A stretch of 63,966 bases of DNA, counting the filler, from Basidiobolus ranarum (lineage: Eukaryota): assembly GCA_040143965.1 (NCBI GenBank). It is 3 parts of 3 records of this genome, joined end to end, with 100 filler letters (N's around TTAATTAATTAA, not from the genome) between each part and the next. Parts side by side here need not be neighbours in the genome. Positions count along the whole stretch, not along the records: positions 1 to 22,616 come from JASJQH010007057.1; 2 more parts are not named here. One strand, 5' to 3'. This document shows, piece by piece, positions 1-11,064 of the stretch. Every line of letters begins with the position of its first letter. Within the stretch, counting starts at the first letter, position 1. Below the pieces are notes generated by a model, which had not been told where the DNA came from, ran no database searches, and saw nothing but the letters and a program-made list of their open reading frames with translations. The translations under genes were made by a program, and so were the position numbers.

Positions 1-142
1 GCAGGTAGATGAGTAGTAGTGCGATGTCCCGAAAGCGAAGAGTGGGATGTGATCGATTAGTTCTTCTGAACTTCTGAACCTTCTCAGTTGATGATCTTGC
101 CAGTCGATTATTCCAACGACTAGGCGAGGACGGTTTGCACAT
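1..142 (-). CDS. Possible 5' end of a gene running off the window (MCKPSSPSRWNNRLARSSTEKVQKFRRTNRSHPTLRFRDIALLLIYL...)
   Basis: ATG at 142 (minus strand) opens a stop-free frame to the window edge, preceded by AT-rich promoter-like DNA. No family recognised. Confidence 0.3.
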   Translation of the reverse strand, partial: MCKPSSPSRWNNRLARSSTEKVQKFRRTNRSHPTLRFRDIALLLIYL

Positions 143-761
143 TCTGACAGCTTGTCTATTTAATTTTCATTTTATTATAAAATCAAACGTATAAAGCGAA
201 AATAATTACTATATATAACACCACCAACATCTCCATCATGGTGAACTACTCTTGAGTACTCTATATATACATGTGACTGGCCGTAGCCTACTTGTGTTGT
301 ATTATCTGGTATTTGAATAAGTTAAAAAGAATATTTCCTAACTGTGGTCCAGTTTGTAGCATGGAAATTAGTAATACATGGATTAGTGCTTATCTTAAAG
401 AAAGGGATGGTTCTCTTACGTGGGCTGTGAAGGCTGATCAACCGTCGGAGCTTGATCAAATTGAAAAGACACTTGGAAAAAGTGTGCTATTCATGTACAC
501 TTTTTAGTCCATTAATGAAATTTAAGCAACATCAAGCTTTATGTACTCAAAAAGAATTGAACTTCGTACAGGTTGTACAGGGTGCATTTATGTAAAAAAT
601 CAGTAATGAGCTGGGCAGGATGGTGGCTTAGCCACTTCAGTGTAACCTCTTCTCAGTCATCACGAAACGTACCAGAGGCAAATAAATAGTGACGTATGGA
701 CAAATACACTTATTTTAACAACCTTATTTTTCTCATTTCTTTATCTCTCTTTTCATTCATT

Positions 762-1916
762 ATGATATACTCAAAGCTGTGGACGGTGTTGCTTCTTATC
801 TCTGCTGGCCATACACTTAGTGAGCCTACCGAAGTTCTTCCCGATTGCCAAGTAAGGTATCATAACCAAATATATGATTTAAGTAAACTTAGCCGCTCAC
901 CGAGGTATCTTTTTGGGATAGTATTAATCGTAGTAATAACTCCATTAATGTTTCTTTATTTCGATAAATCGAAAGTGAAAGTTGGGAAGTGATAGGAATC
1001 GAAGAAAACCATAAATTTCGATTGAACATATGTGAATCACTTGGAGATACGAAAGATGGATTTGAGCATAGAGATCAAGTTGGTGCAATGTTACAAGGGA
1101 CAGCATTGAATATCTCTCTAGGGTTTGTTGGCTTATGTCCTGACTGTTATATGCAAGGTTCTAATCCTTTATTTCAGAATCGTCAATAAGAAACCCCATA
1201 TCAATAGTAAGTATTAGTTCTGCACAGATATTTGTAACAGATACTAATTTACGTTAAATAGGTGATCGTCTTATGTTACGTTATGAGGGCGGTGATACGT
1301 GCCCAAACAGTATACGTCTACGTTCAACCCTAATGGTTTTCGAGTGTGATCCCTGGCAGCGTTCAAATTCTGTAAATGAGTTTATATGGTATTCTTTGTA
1401 TGTTTGTTTGGCTAATTTCGTTATTATCTATAATTCTAGGCCGTAATAAGTTTCATCGCTGACTGGCACCATTGTGCATTTTGGTTTGAGGTCCGGACGC
1501 CTTTGGTGTGCAGAGGAATATGGAGATGGGATGCCTCTTTTTGGATCCTATTGTAAGTTACTGGTAACTTTATTAACGACGATGTACTTATGTCCGTTTC
1601 ATAGAATTTCTGTTACTCTGGGAGTATATGTAGTCATTGGTGGATTATACAACTTCTTTCGTTTCAAAGCCAGAGGCCTTGACATTTTCCCACATAGCAG
1701 GATTTGGAGAAAAGGGTTGCGTTTCTTTAAGGTAACTTCAAATGGAATTAACAATGGTTCTGTGTCTCAAACATTGACATATGTTATTAGGCTATCCTGG
1801 TTTCATTTGTGGGACTATTTTTATGTAAAAACTGGGGTCGGAGGAAATCAAACAGAGATTATCATGTTTTAGATGATGGTACGAATTTATTGATTGAGGA
1901 TGAATTTGAAGAGTAG
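762..1916 (+). CDS. Mannose-6-phosphate receptor homology (MRH) domain type I membrane protein, Mrl1/ATG27/CD-MPR-like (7 exons)
   Basis: Spliced product has a signal peptide (MIYSKLWTVLLLISAG), IYDLSKL, FRLNICE, LRYEGGDTC, RSTLMVFECDP, CAFWFEVRTPLVC, a TM segment with YVVIGGLYN..RGLDIFPH, and an acidic tail ending YHVLDDGTNLLIEDEFEE-TAG(1914-1916). All introns are GT-AG and keep frame. Confidence 0.8.
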
Positions 1917-2038
1917 TGTCTCCAGACCTAGTATTAATCTTGCTCAAATATTTTTGTAATAAACCCAAGTGTGAGACCACAATTTATATGTTGCAATTAA
2001 ATAAGTTTATTTGAACTACTTGAGAGTAGGTTGGTGAA

Positions 2039-2636
2039 TTAGGCCTTGCATTGACAATAATTCTTTAGAGAATTCTTATAGAATACACAAGATGAATCTG
2101 CTGCTACTACGTCATGATAGACAGTGGCCAAGCGTTGACAAAGGCGGGGATTTTTGGCTCTTTGAGTATCGCATACGGTCTCCATGCACTTGAGAAAAGT
2201 GGTATCGCATTGTCCCTTAGTTCTACCGCAGTCACCTAATTTTTAAACATCTATTAAACACATTACTTCGAGAATACTATTCAAATTTAACTTACTGTAG
2301 CAGAGATCATGCTGGATACAGAGAATAAAGTTTAAGTTAAATGGTTTTCATTGTCATTAATCAACTACTCGGGATTACTTACAGCATTACAGCATTCAGC
2401 AAATAGATATTCGGGAACGAATACGCCAAGCCCTTTAGGACCACATCCTAAGGAGATATATTAGCAAAGTGACCTCCAATTGGATGAAGCGGATACTTAC
2501 CATTAGCTTCAGGAACGGGGGGATTAGGCAAGGGCACGGTGACAGGCTTGTCTGATGGGCAGATAGAACATTCCTTTGCAACTGTCAAAGAAGCAAGAAG
2601 GATTACTATAGTGGATTTAAGGGCAGGCCAGTGCAT
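2039..2636 (-). CDS. Secreted phospholipase A2, group XII-like (4 exons: 2636-2501, 2447-2383, 2311-2296, 2235-2039)
   Basis: Spliced product: MHWPALKSTIVILLASLTVAKECSICPSDKPVTVPLPNPPVPEANGCGPKGLGVFVPEYLFAECCNAHDLCYSDCGRTKGQCDTTFLKCMETVCDTQRAKNPRLCQRLATVYHDVVAADSSCVFYKNSLKNYCQCKA. It has a signal peptide, an NGCG Ca-loop, a CCxxHDxCY active site, a CDxxF motif and a C-terminal CxC. TATAAA at about 2696-2701 (minus). Confidence 0.85.
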
Positions 2637-4406
2637 GTTCCAGTTATTCAATTGAAGCTAGCTTGTTAAAGTTTAGAACATTTAGACCGTAGTATTTATA
2701 CTCATCACAGGGTACTTATTAAGCTCAGTTCTCAGCGTGAGAGTTGTTGTTGAATAATTGAACTACTTTGTTTTATTGTGTCGCCAGAAGTTCCAATACG
2801 AAAGTTTCTCAAAGTAGATGAACTGCCTCTTTCGTTGCTAGTATCCACCCATGTAATTCCAAAACTAGTGTCAACAATACTATTTCTCACACATCTTCCT
2901 TTTTCCATCGGAATCCCGTTGGAAGGTATTGCCTCTTGAAGGGTGGTTTGAGCATGAGCATTGTAAGAATCGATGCTTCCCTCAGCATCGTTACTTACAC
3001 TATTTCTAGTGTAACCTAACTGGTTTCCATACGCCTATTGATCCATACCAGAGCATTCGTTGATAGGTTCAAGCGAATTCCCAATACAACTAATAATGTG
3101 CGCTATAAAATTGCTGATTTAACAAATAAGACCGAGATTCTAGGAACGTGACTATCCTAAATGCGATGAACAAGCAAGTTCCCAACTGTCAAGAAAATCT
3201 ATACGCGTTATGGCTTATATCCCGTGCTGTGAAACCGTTGAGCTACACTACTGCCTTTAAAGATTGCTGATTCTTGCTATAATCAATCACACTAATATGT
3301 TCGAGTACAAGGATTTACACTAGCGCTAATTTATAATGATTTTTTAAAGTAAGCAACTCCAGTATTCTGCTTAACATGAAGAATACCAGCTTTCAAAATC
3401 ACCAAGTTACAGACCGCAAGGCCAGGGTCATTTACCTTATAAAATAAAACCATTTATAGGGTTAGGGTCGTTGCGATAGTATTTTTATATCCACTTGTCT
3501 GAGGGTTTAAACAGGGCATGTTGGCTGGAAGTAAGGGCGTGAGGATTTACTTGGTGCTATAAATATATACTTTTATACAACTTTCTGGGGACATAAATAA
3601 GCTGTTAAGGTTTACATTGGGTTTACTTTACTTATATATGGTATTCTGTTTGTTATAAAGTCTACCTTTTGAAATTCTTTTTACAAATCTTCAGTTGAAA
3701 TGGATGAAGCGGGTAATAGCACATTCCTCAATAGCCATATTTAATCTAAATTTAAACAACGGTGCATTAACGCCTTAATTAGTCACCGTCACTTCATATA
3801 TATTTGCTTAGGTATATAGCTGTTTACCAAACAAAGTCCATCGACTTACAGCTTGAAAATGCGGATGTCAGTGCTTCTTTTTTCTTACAAAGTGAGCAAT
3901 GAGAAATCATCAGTACCGCTGATACCTTTACGTTTTGAATTAACTACTCAACACATTGATGAAGGGTGACTGGATACATATACCTTTTTTAGTAGGAATG
4001 TTATAGCCCACGATAGCCCACTCTTAAGTGATATTTGATCACTTCCCATAGCTACATATGAGATAGAAATTAGTCCAGTTACGTATTGATTTCATGCTAA
4101 CAAATATGGGAATCTTTGCAATCTAATTCAGAGGTAAGGTCCGATAATGAAAGCTTTCCACTACTCGTTGAATGGAGAAAAGCATTTGTCAATGAGTATT
4201 TTAGCTCATAGCTCCAAGTGTAGTGATGATTGTTGTCAAGATGCTTGAATAGAGAATAAACTCGTTGGCAACGTAAAATCAAGAAAGTATTTCCAAGTTT
4301 ACGAAGTATTTTATTACTTGACTTCATAAAGATATAAAATTTATAAGCTTGATTATACTCTATATGAGCAATCTAACTATTCATGAGGGCTTGGGAGATT
4401 AATTAG

Positions 4407-4634
4407 TTATTCTGGTCCAGTTTTTCCATCCTGATGTCCTGATTCCGGGTCGTGACTATGTCCCAGGCCAGCAAATTGCTTGATTGCTTCTAGATGTGGA
4501 TGTTTATGATCTTGTTCCTGCTCATGCTCTTTGGTGGGTTTGTGGGCTTCTTCAGACTGGTGTGTTTTACCGTCGCCGTAATAACCTGCTTGATTGATCA
4601 ATGGCTCTTTTGTTTGGGGATTGTTGTGCTGCAT
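4407..4634 (-). CDS. Small His/Glu/Gln-rich hydrophilic protein (75 aa), unknown function
   Basis: Single-exon ATG..TAA ORF with strongly biased hydrophilic composition and a TATATAAA about 40 nt upstream (about 4671-4678, minus). Confidence 0.55.
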   Translation of the reverse strand: MQHNNPQTKEPLINQAGYYGDGKTHQSEEAHKPTKEHEQEQDHKHPHLEAIKQFAGLGHSHDPESGHQDGKTGPE

Positions 4635-5778
4635 GTTGCTTTGTAACTTGGACTACGGCATTATGGCCAATTTATATATTTCTTGCCTTAAGATAATCTA
4701 ACATCATTGGATAACATAACATGTACAAGCCACCCAAGGTCTCATCCCTTGCGGGGTATACCTTATTTCGTCATCGCTAAAAGGATTTAACATTCATGAT
4801 GACATGGTGGTAAATGACGTGTATTTTGTTTTATATCTATGGGTAACCCTTCGTGACGAAGGGAGAGAAAAATTGCGACAACTCCAGTAATTGTTTGCCC
4901 TCCACGGAAATCTTTAGTAAAAGGCGAAAGATTTATCCGACTAAATGAAGTGCAAACAGGAGTGAATGCTTTACTCACAATCATCATTCAGATATTTATA
5001 GCTAATATTAATGGATGTGGGATTGGAATATATTTTGGGAGAAGGATAATATTTATTCTAAATGATAAATGGGTTAATCGTTGGGTCAACAAGTCCCGGG
5101 TTCAACTCTCGGCTATATCAAATAAGAACATAGCCTAAAGAGTTGAAGTATATCTAATCGTATAAATAGAGTACCCCTCTCGATTTAGTGTACTCTTTCG
5201 GTTACCAATTACAGCTTTTGTGAGTTGTAGAATGCGATAGAATTCGATATTATAGATCCAAAATATCGGATTCAAATGATATCGAGTTGTGGAGACTAGA
5301 TTCGTAGATACGCAGGTTTAGGAAGAGATTGCCTTCTTGTAGCTGACTAAAAGTGAAGGGAATGAGTGTCATCATTGGCCAACTAATCCAAAAAAAGAAA
5401 ATAGATTTGTTTACCTTAGGTGACTGTGCCTAACTCGGGTATATGAAGATTGGGCTTTTTGTTATGATATTCAGAATAAGGCAAGAAAAAAAGGAAGGGG
5501 ATGTCAGGTCCATTCTCCATAGTGATCAAACTCTTGGCTACATCTTGTTTTGCCTTGATTTTGTCATGGTGAGATCTGTTAGTTTATAATTGATTTATAA
5601 TTGTAAATATGTGACTATTCAATCTGCTATGGTTTCGGCTCAATATTTACTATTTTGAGAGATAGAAGTTTTCAACGTCAATCTATTTACATCTTCGATT
5701 CCTAGTGTTCTCTTGCTTTTCTCTCACCCAGCAACAGTCTGAATAGTAATTTGTTTATAGGGTTTAAAGCTTCAAAAT

Positions 5779-8188
5779 ATGTCTCAATTGAAGTTCCAAA
5801 CCGAAACAACCCTCAGTTCAATAGAAGCTAGGTCTGTTGATAAAGAAAAGTGGAGAAATAAGCTTTTCGGGTTCATGAAGAAGTGGAATGTTCCAAACAC
5901 AAAAGAGAGCGCAATATCACCCAACGTGGAAACAACCGTTAACAAACTTACTGAAGACTTCCAGGATGTCAGCATTTCTAATCCTCCACCTAACGATACT
6001 CATTTAGTTTCCTGGTCACCCGAAACCAAGTTACCTAATACCCCCTTGAATGTGATGACTGTAGAGTCGCGTGAGTACGAAGGTAAACTTCGAAAGATCA
6101 TACCTGCCGAAGAATACAGCCCTCCTGAAGAGCTTGTAGTATCCGCGGCAACCAAAAGAAAATGCGTTGCTTGTCAAGTGTGTAAGTTTTGACCTTTTTT
6201 TTACAAGAGTGCAGCTTGACATATCTCTAACGTGTACTTATTCAGATTTCTTGGAATACTATTCTGAAAAACTGTCGTATATGCAAAGACGCCAACTCCG
6301 TTTTCAAGAGTTCAAAAAGTCACAAGAGGATTCTAGAGTAAGACCGACAAAACTAAGAAATCTATTACTATGGAAAATTGGTTTGATTTATAGTTTATGG
6401 AAATTTTTTAGCTGTCAGATGCGGAGCGAGAGGAGCAGTGGAACCAATACAGAATGAAAGAGAGTATCTTCCTACGAAGACGTAGAACACGTACCAATGC
6501 GAACCAATTTCATCTGTTAACCCAAGTGGGCCAAGGTGGCTATGGCCAGGTAATTGTCAATTTTAGAATGATTTTCGTGTAATCATTCGTTCTTATCTGT
6601 TGCCCCACAAGGTCTATCTGGCACGTAAGAAGGATACAGATGAGATTTGCGCTCTTAAAAAAATGAACAAGAAACACTTGGCGAAGAACAACGAAGTATT
6701 TATTTTGTCTTAATTACTACAACCATGAGTCAAAGTATAGTGATGTCCTTTTCTCCAGATTCAACACATCCTTAATGAGCGTGATGTTTTGACTGCTGCC
6801 AATAGTCCATGGCTGGTTCAGCTCTTTTACGCATTTCAAGATTTGGATCATGTGTATCTGGCTATGGTAAGGCAGATTTTCATGCAAATCTCGATATACA
6901 TATGTACATTTCGAAGATCGCTAACGAATTGGTTTTTAATACAAAAGGAATATGTACCTGGTGGGGATCTTAGATCATTACTCAACAATAGTGGATCTAT
7001 TGCGGAGACACACTCTCGTTTCTACATTGCTGAGATGTTGCTCGCAGTCAATGCGCTTCATCGTCTAGGATATATTCATCGCGATCTCAAACCCGAAAAC
7101 TTCTTAATTGATGGTTCGGGTCATCTCAAGCTTACTGATTTCGGACTTTCAACTGGTACTTTGAATCCCACCAAAATCAAACTTTTAAAGAACAAGGTAC
7201 ATCGTGTACTTAACAGTCATCACCACTTCAGAGGTTTAATGTTTTCGAAATATTTATCTAGCTCGATGCTGTCAATAGTAATCAGCTCGTATACAGAACC
7301 TCGATTGAACGACGAAGCATCCATCGTTCAATTCGTCAAAATCATTTAGAATGGGTAATTATCCTTAGTTGAGTGACAATGTAGCGATAATCTTACTGAT
7401 TTGAATCTTAGGCTTATTCTCTCGTTGGGTCTGCTGATTATCTGGCACCCGAGATTTTGGTTAACAAAGGCTATGATTTCTTGGTTGATTTTTGGTCAAT
7501 TGGATGCATTGCCTTTGAATTTTTGGCCGGGTATCCACCATTTGCTGGTTCATCAATGCAGGAAGTCTGGAGCAATGTTTACCATTGGGAGAAAGTATTT
7601 GAACGTCCTGAGCTTGAAGGTGGAGAAGCCATTACGGATGACGCCTGGGACATGATCTGCATGTAAATATCTCCTCATCTGGACACACAGTTGTATTGAA
7701 ATCCGACTAATATTTATGTTCAACACCAGGTTCATTACCGACCGAAAGAACCGAGTTTCTTCAATGACGAAGATTCAAAACCATCCATTCTTCACGGGAT
7801 TAGAGTGGAAAATATTACGAAACACTGCGGTAAGATTGACTGGAGTGATGGTTACTTTCTTGGTAAATTCGTAAATAACCCATCTATTTATCTCTAGGCT
7901 CCTCCTTTTGTGCCCCAACTTGACTCTGAGATTGACGCTTCTTATTTCGATGATTTCAATAGTCCAGAGAATCTTGCTATTTATAAGGAAGTATTTGATA
8001 AACAAGAGGCACTTGATAAAGCCACCGAGTCGAAAGATCCAATCCCACGCTCTGCTTTCGTCGGTTTCACTTTTCAACGCAAAGACCGCCATGCTTGGAC
8101 CGAGCTACAGACGCAGGCACTGACACCAACAGAGCCTCAACTTCCAAAATACTCTAACACGGAGAGGAATCAATTTACCATGATTTAA
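5779..8188 (+). CDS. DBF2: NDR/LATS-family AGC kinase, Dbf2/Sid2-like (multi-exon)
   Basis: Spliced product has YFLEYY, the Mob-binding region FLRRRRTR, QVGQGGYGQVYLARKKDTDEICALKKM, HRDLKPENFLID, DFGLS, YSLVGSADYLAPE and the AGC C-tail FDDF...FVGFTFQ. Confidence 0.9.
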
Positions 8189-8373
8189 TCCGGTGTAAAA
8201 TGTACAAACAAGGCCAAACGCGCGCAGAATTCACCCATGTTTAAGGACATATCATACTGATTGTATTATTAAAGCCCTATCTATATCACCTTATCGACAG
8301 AATAATCCGAAAGATATACTGTTGTATTTTAGCCTGTCCGATCCCACAATAAAGTTGAACTACCACTTCTCTC

Positions 8374-9348
8374 TTATAGCTCTTTAATTAATGCTGCCTT
8401 TTCGGCAAAATTCATCAAGTCTTCACTAGCATCCAGGTCTAAATTTACATGTACATCTTGATAGAAGCTATGGTTCGTCTTTAACTGTTCCTGCCGCTTA
8501 CTTTTCATCGTCTTCCATAAAACATATAAAGCAGGGTCAAATAAAAATACAAAAGAGTTTAGTATCCCCTGAGAACTAACTGCCGATAGTCCAATCACTC
8601 TTAGAGGGAATGGATATTCCATTCTAAAGAACTCGAATGTCAAATAAGCGATTTTGGATGTGTGAGTGAGAATTGGGACAATAGGATACAATACAATTCT
8701 ACGAACGGCCATATTAACCATGCGTTTAACTGTTGGATTATAATCATGTGATTCCTCCGGGAAAAAGCTGGTATGACGAAACAGTTTGATCACTGTCAGA
8801 ATAGAAACGGTAGAAAGATAGAAGCAACCAAGGATAATCCAGATATTTTGAGCTATCCATTCCCAGAGTAATGTTGAGCCACTGTCCAAATCAACAAACC
8901 AACACGAGGAGGGCCTCATAGGATCATACCCTAGCTTTTTGTGAACGGTTGGTCCCAGAGATATCACTGTAGCACTTAGAAATGATCCACACACGAAGAG
9001 ATTCTCAAAATTGTGGATATTGTCAACACCATGCAAAAAAACCACCTGGAGGTTCAGAGCCACTATGATGTTGAGGAATATATAGAGTAGATCTGACCAG
9101 AGAGCGCCCCATGCCACAAAAGTGCAGAGGTTAGTGGGGCCTACTTCAGTGTAGGATAATATTAAGAATATTGCATAGAGGAAATCTACCCATGCTATTA
9201 GAAAGGCAATACGGAAAGACACCCGGTCAGCATATTTGGCATTATAAAAATAGATAGCAGTTATGAGAGCCACGGTCAATAATGATGTTATCGCAGATAG
9301 TGAATTTAATAGTAGTGAAGTGTTTTTCAGAAGAATCTCTTTGTTCAT
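8374..9348 (-). CDS. 7-TM G-protein-coupled receptor, cAMP-receptor-like/Git3-like class; intronless
   Basis: About seven hydrophobic helices, with the motifs DRVSFR, C(TM3), SCW (ECL2), RRIVLYP and SQGILNSFVFLFDP typical of fungal CRL/Git3-type GPCRs. First ATG at 9348 (MNKEILL). Confidence 0.8.
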   Translation of the reverse strand: MNKEILLKNTSLLLNSLSAITSLLTVALITAIYFYNAKYADRVSFRIAFLIAWVDFLYAIFLILSYTEVGPTNLCTFVAWGALWSDLLYIFLNIIVALNLQVVFLHGVDNIHNFENLFVCGSFLSATVISLGPTVHKKLGYDPMRPSSCWFVDLDSGSTLLWEWIAQNIWIILGCFYLSTVSILTVIKLFRHTSFFPEESHDYNPTVKRMVNMAVRRIVLYPIVPILTHTSKIAYLTFEFFRMEYPFPLRVIGLSAVSSQGILNSFVFLFDPALYVLWKTMKSKRQEQLKTNHSFYQDVHVNLDLDASEDLMNFAEKAALIKEL

Positions 9349-10164
9349 GGTAGTTTGGAAAGGGTGGGAGGGATTCAATAAAGGTCTGGATAGTATCACA
9401 TTCCAGCATCATGCAGTGTTAGACATGAATGCTTCTCACCAATGTATTTATAGCCATCTATCGATTGTTTGGAGTTCTCCTTGAAGAGTCATTCAACAAG
9501 TGTTGGTTATCCATTATCTACTACACGTTAGGCACAATTAGTTGGATAGGTAAGCAAAGGTGATCTGTATATTAGTAGTGCATCATTTTCCCAATTCTAC
9601 AACAGATGCACCATTTCTTCAACCCTATTAGTTACAGCAGATGCATATTTCTTTTCAAGAGACTGTTTGGTATACCTTAAATATGTGTGTATACCAGCGA
9701 ATAACAGGAAGATACACGCATGTCGATTCCCTTCACAATAGTATCCTTGCGTATAGAATGGCGTGCAATGCTTAGAAACTGACCAGGTGGTATCGATGCT
9801 TCTGAAACGATGTCGGAGTTTATGAATCTCACTAAATACGAGTATCTACATGCTTTCATATGGTGATTGAAGCCAATAGAGAATAGGTGAATTTCAAGTC
9901 GAACTCTACAGTAAATTATTCATTTTAGATTAAGCTATATGCCAATGCTAGATGTGTTTCAACTTTAAAAGTTAAATATGGTTAAAAGTGTTTATATAAT
10001 AAAACGATATATACATATGAATTATTTATGCGAGGGTAAAATTCACTGCCGAGAAGTAAAAGATGTTACGGAAATTAATGACTGCAAGGTACTTCATTCT
10101 CAAAGAGCAGTAATGGCCCGCACGAACGCTGATTTGGAAAATGTATGAATTTGGGTACTTTTAA

Positions 10165-10797
10165 TCACCATACTTGATAGGAATTTCTAGAATAGCTTTT
10201 CGTATCAGTACTATTTTCTGCACTCAACTTAGCCTCGCTACGTCTCCACTCTCTTTCCTTAAAGTGTGGAAGATTCTCCATCGTTTCTGTTGAAGGTGTA
10301 ATGGTAGTTTCAACATCAGAACTCTGAAGAAGCTGAGTAGTAGAAGGAGTACGTCTAGGACTAAAAGAGTGACTTTCTCTGGACTTGGAGAAAGTGGTAG
10401 CAATTGCTGGTATAAATCTTGATAATCTTTGACCCATGTCTGGAGAAGCATATTCCTCAATTTCCATTTTCCTTTCTTTTTTGTAAGACGAGTAACGGTT
10501 TTTTTCCTCTTTGGATTCGTTTCTTTTATGGAAAAATAAATACCATATTGCCACTACTAAACTTATGAAGACAAGGCCACTAATGGTATATGTGGCTATC
10601 ATAAGAGGAGAAAGATGAGAGCTTTTAGTCTCTGAATAGAGCGGGTCGTTTAATATTGGTACGCTGGTAGGTCTTTCAATAGCGATTGAAGCCTTAGCTG
10701 AATCTGGTATGAGAGACGTACGTTCGTTAGTCTTCTGGCATAGCACACTTTGAGTAAAGGACCAGCCTGCAACGAGAGTCAAGGTAGAAAAATTCAT
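10165..10797 (-). CDS. Single-pass type I membrane protein (signal peptide, TM, S/T-rich cytoplasmic tail), unknown function
   Basis: 210-aa ORF with a hydrophobic N-terminus and a TM helix (ISGLVFISLVVAIWYLFF) followed by basic HKR. Confidence 0.65.
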   Translation of the reverse strand: MNFSTLTLVAGWSFTQSVLCQKTNERTSLIPDSAKASIAIERPTSVPILNDPLYSETKSSHLSPLMIATYTISGLVFISLVVAIWYLFFHKRNESKEEKNRYSSYKKERKMEIEEYASPDMGQRLSRFIPAIATTFSKSRESHSFSPRRTPSTTQLLQSSDVETTITPSTETMENLPHFKEREWRRSEAKLSAENSTDTKSYSRNSYQVW

Positions 10798-11064
10798 ATT
10801 GGAAAGGAATAATCTCTAATGCTTTACTAACTAAAGAGAACTGCTGAGGTCGATATTAGTTTGGGGATGGTTGAATTAGTATACCCAACGAATAAGGTTA
10901 TAACCATTGTGATTTTCCTTAATAATTAGTAAATTTAGGTTTTGAGAGTTTAATTCGAATTCAAAATTTAGATCACAGACAATGAAAATCAATCACATGC
11001 TTAGTGACATGGATAATCTCAAGATACAGTTTAAATGATGTTGAAGTCAAGCGAAGAGGGAAAT

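Noticed and set aside
5014-5120. tRNA-like T-arm CCGGG-TTCAACT-CTCGG followed by CTATATCA
   Set aside because: No convincing D-arm/A-box or anticodon arm upstream. At best a fragment; tRNAscan-SE would decide.
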